64,000 nt of DNA, from assembly GCA_000092065.1 (NCBI GenBank), contig CP000587.1. One strand, 5' to 3'. The stretch comes from Ostreococcus lucimarinus (Eukaryota). A program made the translations under genes and the position numbers. Below are positions 62,101 to 64,000 of this stretch, in pieces. The first letter of the stretch is position 1, and each line of letters starts with the position of its first letter. A model generated the notes under the pieces. That model worked only from the letters and a program-made list of their open reading frames with translations, ran no database searches and was not told where the DNA came from.

Positions 62101-64000
62101 AGAGAAGACTCGTTTGCAAACGCAAAGCCTCGAGGGCGCGTTGCCAAACATGCAAGCTCACGTGCGCGTCGCGGCGGCGCCAAACTTGCCAGAATCTACT
62201 CGAGCCGCGCTCTTGCGTCTCCTCCCTGTGGCTTTGACGCAAGGTATTCGGGAGATCGTCGCGCCCGTTGTCGAACGTTCCGTGACCATCGCTTGCAAAA
62301 CATCGCAAGAGTTAGTCCGCAAGGATTTCGCCACCGAGGCTGACATCAACCGCGTGCGCAAGGCGGCGCATCTCATGGTGTCTTCGCTCGCCGGCTCGCT
62401 CGCCTTGGTGACTTGCCGAGAGCCTCTCAAGGCGAGTGTTGCGAATCAGCTTCGTGCGCTTTTGCAGCAGTCAGGTGCCGGCGCCGGCTCGGAGGCATCC
62501 GCCCTCGAAGCCGCGGTGCAATCTGCGACGGTTGACAATCTCGAATTGGGTTGCGCGCTCATTGAAAAGGCGGCGTCCGAGAAGGCGATTCGAGACATCG
62601 ATGAATCTCTCGCCGCGGCTGTGATTGTGCGTCAAAAGCATCGTGAGTCTGGTATCAATCAGCCGTTCTTTGATGCGGCCATCATGCAAGGTCGATACCC
62701 GGCGGCGCTTCCGGAGTCGCTCAGACCGCGACCTGGACAGCTCCCCACCGCCGCTCTTCGCATCTACGACGACTTTGCGCAGCTTCCTCGCGCACCGTCG
62801 GGACCGCCGCCGCCCTCGGGCGCGCCGCCGGCTTTCGCGAGACAGCCACCTTTCGGACAACCACAGCCACCGCCACCGCCTGTGGCGTATCCAGGCATGC
62901 CGCCGCCGCCACCTCCAGGTGCGCCGCCACCGCTGCCGCCGGATGTTCCGTCTGAGGGCGTCGCCGACGGCGCGCAAGACGCCGGCAAGGATTCGGCCAA
63001 GGGTCCTCCGTCTGGTGCGCATCCGCACGGTCAACCCGATCCCGCGGGCTTGCGCGAAAAGGTTGCGGCGCACTTCGACGAATGGGCTCGAGTGCAAGAT
63101 TTGCCCGTCACCGACGCGGCGAACGTGGCGTTCATGCAGCGACTCGTGGAGTCGCGTCTGCTCGCAGAGGACACCCAAGAACGCTTCTTGCGCATCTTGG
63201 TTGAACTCGCCGTCACTCACTGTCTCGGCAGCGAAGTGCCGAGCGCGACGCCTCAAGCGAGCTCGCAGCTTTCTTTCGCTGCGATCGACGCGTACGTTCG
63301 CCTCGTCACGCGATTGGTTCGTCGTCAAGAAGAACCGCTGGCGTCGAGGTTGGCATTTTTCGGCCGCGCCTTGGTCGCCGTCGTCCGCACGGCGATGCGC
63401 GACACGGATGAACGTAACGTTGCGTTTAACGCGCGACCTTACTTCCGCGCGCTCGCTGGTTTGCTCAACGAGATGCACGCCCCAGATAACGCCTTGGACT
63501 CCTCGCATCCTCAAGTTCTCGCGGCGTTTGCCTCCGCTTTTTTGGCGTTGCAACCGCTTCGCGTGCCGGGCTTTGCATTTGCCTGGCTTGAACTCGTCTC
63601 CCATCGCTGCTTCATGCCTCGTCTCTTGATCGACCACGAACAAAAGGGTTGGCCTTTGTTGCAACGATTGCTGACGGCCATCCTACGCTTCATGGAACCG
63701 CACTTGCGGACGGCAGATCTCTCTGAACCGATCAAGTTGCTGTACAAGGGCATGCTTCGCATGTTTCTCGTCTTGCTGCACGACTTCCCGGAGTTTTTGT
63801 GCAACCATCATGTCAACTTCTGCGACATCATCCCGCCCAACTGCATCCAGTTGCGCAACTTGGTGTTGTCGGCATATCCGCGCAATATGCGACTACCCGA
63901 TCCGTTCACTCCAAACTTGAAGGTGGACTTACTTCCGGAGACGCAGCAAGCGCCGAGAATCAACGCCGACGCCGACCACGCCTTCCGCTCCTCGCCCATG
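59156..64000 (+). CDS. CNOT1: CCR4-NOT transcription complex subunit 1 (CNOT1/NOT1), 5' part; it runs off the window end and so is absent from the ORF track
   Basis: My own translation from the ATG at 59156 in frame +2 stays open to the last base of the window and carries CNOT1 blocks: MIFKPPNPWTVAILSLLCEIYNE (around 61802) and, at the end, NLVLSAYPRNMRLPDPFTPNLKVDLL (NOT1 superfamily homology domain). Confidence 0.7.
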   Translation, partial: MGDGSSKGDVDAQRLASVASTAEAMEELGYACAHAKDSLIEILGKLPKLDDAGLAKVVGMIARTSSGKLETSRGEAALVSLAKSAGIAAPSAEALRLTTWNGDVVVDAVNATYKDLNWENAMEKLDQPEFGCPDASSFQLICDMYSRATGKSFPAKALCAAPWGKNQAGQIEALRQLLGSPQESCDWGSLKHVDVEGTLAGPWGCLDLMSTLCSLSETGHRDAARGALEPGAGRSPETVCITLAQVCDEHNALARDAFGALLPPYVATSHPKSGLVLSNVWGRHSVAVIRAMVDAHTSSPAAADRIFDVCQELNALQVIIDRSPFPLAIEMVSIASVRAGVNLEQWLQEKIKANGGAFVSACMRFLRAKATQEGGDKGATPLKPEVLQTFLKVLQGAQQTMPPDLQAELRQLVAQIQNSPNKGRDSSAASDDLSVQAGTAQGFTPDVEEEANRYFQRVYSMQQSIGELVEVLRAFRVSQVQRERDVFSCMVHNLFDEYKFFPKYPEKELRITAVLFGQLIFHNLVSNITLGVALRCVLDALRKPQGSKMFAFGSDALEQFKRRLTEWPQYCQHLAQIPNLAQAHPDLLHLFSKGNDQTVALGRSEPSMNTAANADAQLAAGVAGMRIGGGDSGGEGNHPPLPRSLSSGMNLPPQPPGPPPAGESAPAPAASRLTTRGMSTPEIGQIARVSSGGQIAAAASGAPSGFATSLNIDTLVAASAEAKQPDAATADKVHFLVNNLSAENMEEKAAEVKSKVSADLYEWFAGYLVVKRASIEPNYHALYLELLEKVGDKNLYAAILQATYRNIKVLLSSGKVKTNSGERSLLKNLGSWLGQLTISKRKPVLQRDLDLKELILESYESGRMIGVVPFVAKVLEPAKDNMIFKPPNPWTVAILSLLCEIYNERDLKLNLKFEMERLFKHLDVNIKDIEPSMLLASRMRERQNNPDFVADKNFAAPVPLQSAASEGSLQQHGVVGRSMDEEEKTRLQTQSLEGALPNMQAHVRVAAAPNLPESTRAALLRLLPVALTQGIREIVAPVVERSVTIACKTSQELVRKDFATEADINRVRKAAHLMVSSLAGSLALVTCREPLKASVANQLRALLQQSGAGAGSEASALEAAVQSATVDNLELGCALIEKAASEKAIRDIDESLAAAVIVRQKHRESGINQPFFDAAIMQGRYPAALPESLRPRPGQLPTAALRIYDDFAQLPRAPSGPPPPSGAPPAFARQPPFGQPQPPPPPVAYPGMPPPPPPGAPPPLPPDVPSEGVADGAQDAGKDSAKGPPSGAHPHGQPDPAGLREKVAAHFDEWARVQDLPVTDAANVAFMQRLVESRLLAEDTQERFLRILVELAVTHCLGSEVPSATPQASSQLSFAAIDAYVRLVTRLVRRQEEPLASRLAFFGRALVAVVRTAMRDTDERNVAFNARPYFRALAGLLNEMHAPDNALDSSHPQVLAAFASAFLALQPLRVPGFAFAWLELVSHRCFMPRLLIDHEQKGWPLLQRLLTAILRFMEPHLRTADLSEPIKLLYKGMLRMFLVLLHDFPEFLCNHHVNFCDIIPPNCIQLRNLVLSAYPRNMRLPDPFTPNLKVDLLPETQQAPRINADADHAFRSSPM

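Noticed and set aside
62471-63664. 397-aa minus-strand ORF inside the CNOT1 locus, with similar long antisense ORFs elsewhere (40781..41590 -, 22175..23098 -, 8851..9567 -, 8973..9887 -, 58897..59277 +)
   Set aside because: Each runs antisense through a well-supported conserved gene (CNOT1, SF-assemblin/COX11, ZNG1, COG7) and is compositionally biased (Arg/Pro/Ala/Ser-rich). Stop-codon depletion in GC-rich sequence explains them.
1-64000. Prokaryotic or mobile-element features: operons, RBS sites, CRISPR arrays, IS or transposon ends, phage genes
   Set aside because: All confidently assigned products are eukaryotic nuclear genes (spliceosome, retromer, COG, CCR4-NOT, kinesin, flagellar and histone-reader proteins). 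Spliceosomal introns and TGTAA poly(A) signals are present. Direct-repeat clusters with the regular spacing of a CRISPR array are absent, as are terminal inverted repeats bracketing a transposase-like ORF.
1-64000. tRNA, rRNA and snRNA genes
   Set aside because: I saw no cloverleaf-compatible 72-90-nt segments with conserved GTTC/TPsiC and anticodon-loop features, and no rDNA-like blocks. The few non-coding gaps larger than 300 bp (25058-25400, 35880-36690, 58630-59150) are GC-rich low-complexity or repeat sequence. This was a by-eye scan and cannot exclude small ncRNAs such as snoRNAs.

Overview
This 64-kb window is gene-dense eukaryotic nuclear DNA and contains no prokaryotic or phage features. 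The very high GC content, long intron-poor ORFs, intergenic spacers of about 5 to 450 bp and recurrent TGTAA motifs after stop codons fit a compact green-algal (Mamiellophyceae-like picoprasinophyte) chromosome. An SF-assemblin gene and a tubulin-tyrosine-ligase-like gene suggest a flagellated alga. I call about 40 protein-coding genes on both strands from conserved protein motifs read in the ORF translations. They include ADP-glucose pyrophosphorylase, DGDG synthase, plastid-type RbfA, FKBP and LPAAT, mitochondrial MIC60, COX11 and ATP synthase subunit d, FANCM, a BRCA1/BARD1-like RING-BRCT protein, VPS35, COG7, eIF4A, CNOT1 (running off the 3' window edge), LSm5, RPAC1, a kinesin, an ABCB half-transporter, a P450, a ZNG1/CobW GTPase, riboflavin synthase and a GATA factor. 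No tRNA, rRNA, CRISPR or transposon signatures were seen. The main leads are a chromatin-reader/methyltransferase-like fusion (PWWP + NPPY region + zf-CW), a set of short spliceosomal introns that share an ACTGAC-N20-30-AG 3' architecture and repair several broken or truncated ORF-track models (MIC60, a small three-exon gene, eIF4A 5'UTR, AGPase), convergent genes whose stop codons lie 5 and 21 bp apart, a CS-domain/cyclophilin fusion, and several tandem repeats and microsatellites. The GC-rich non-coding frames throw up many long Arg/Ala-rich antisense ORFs, which I treat as spurious.
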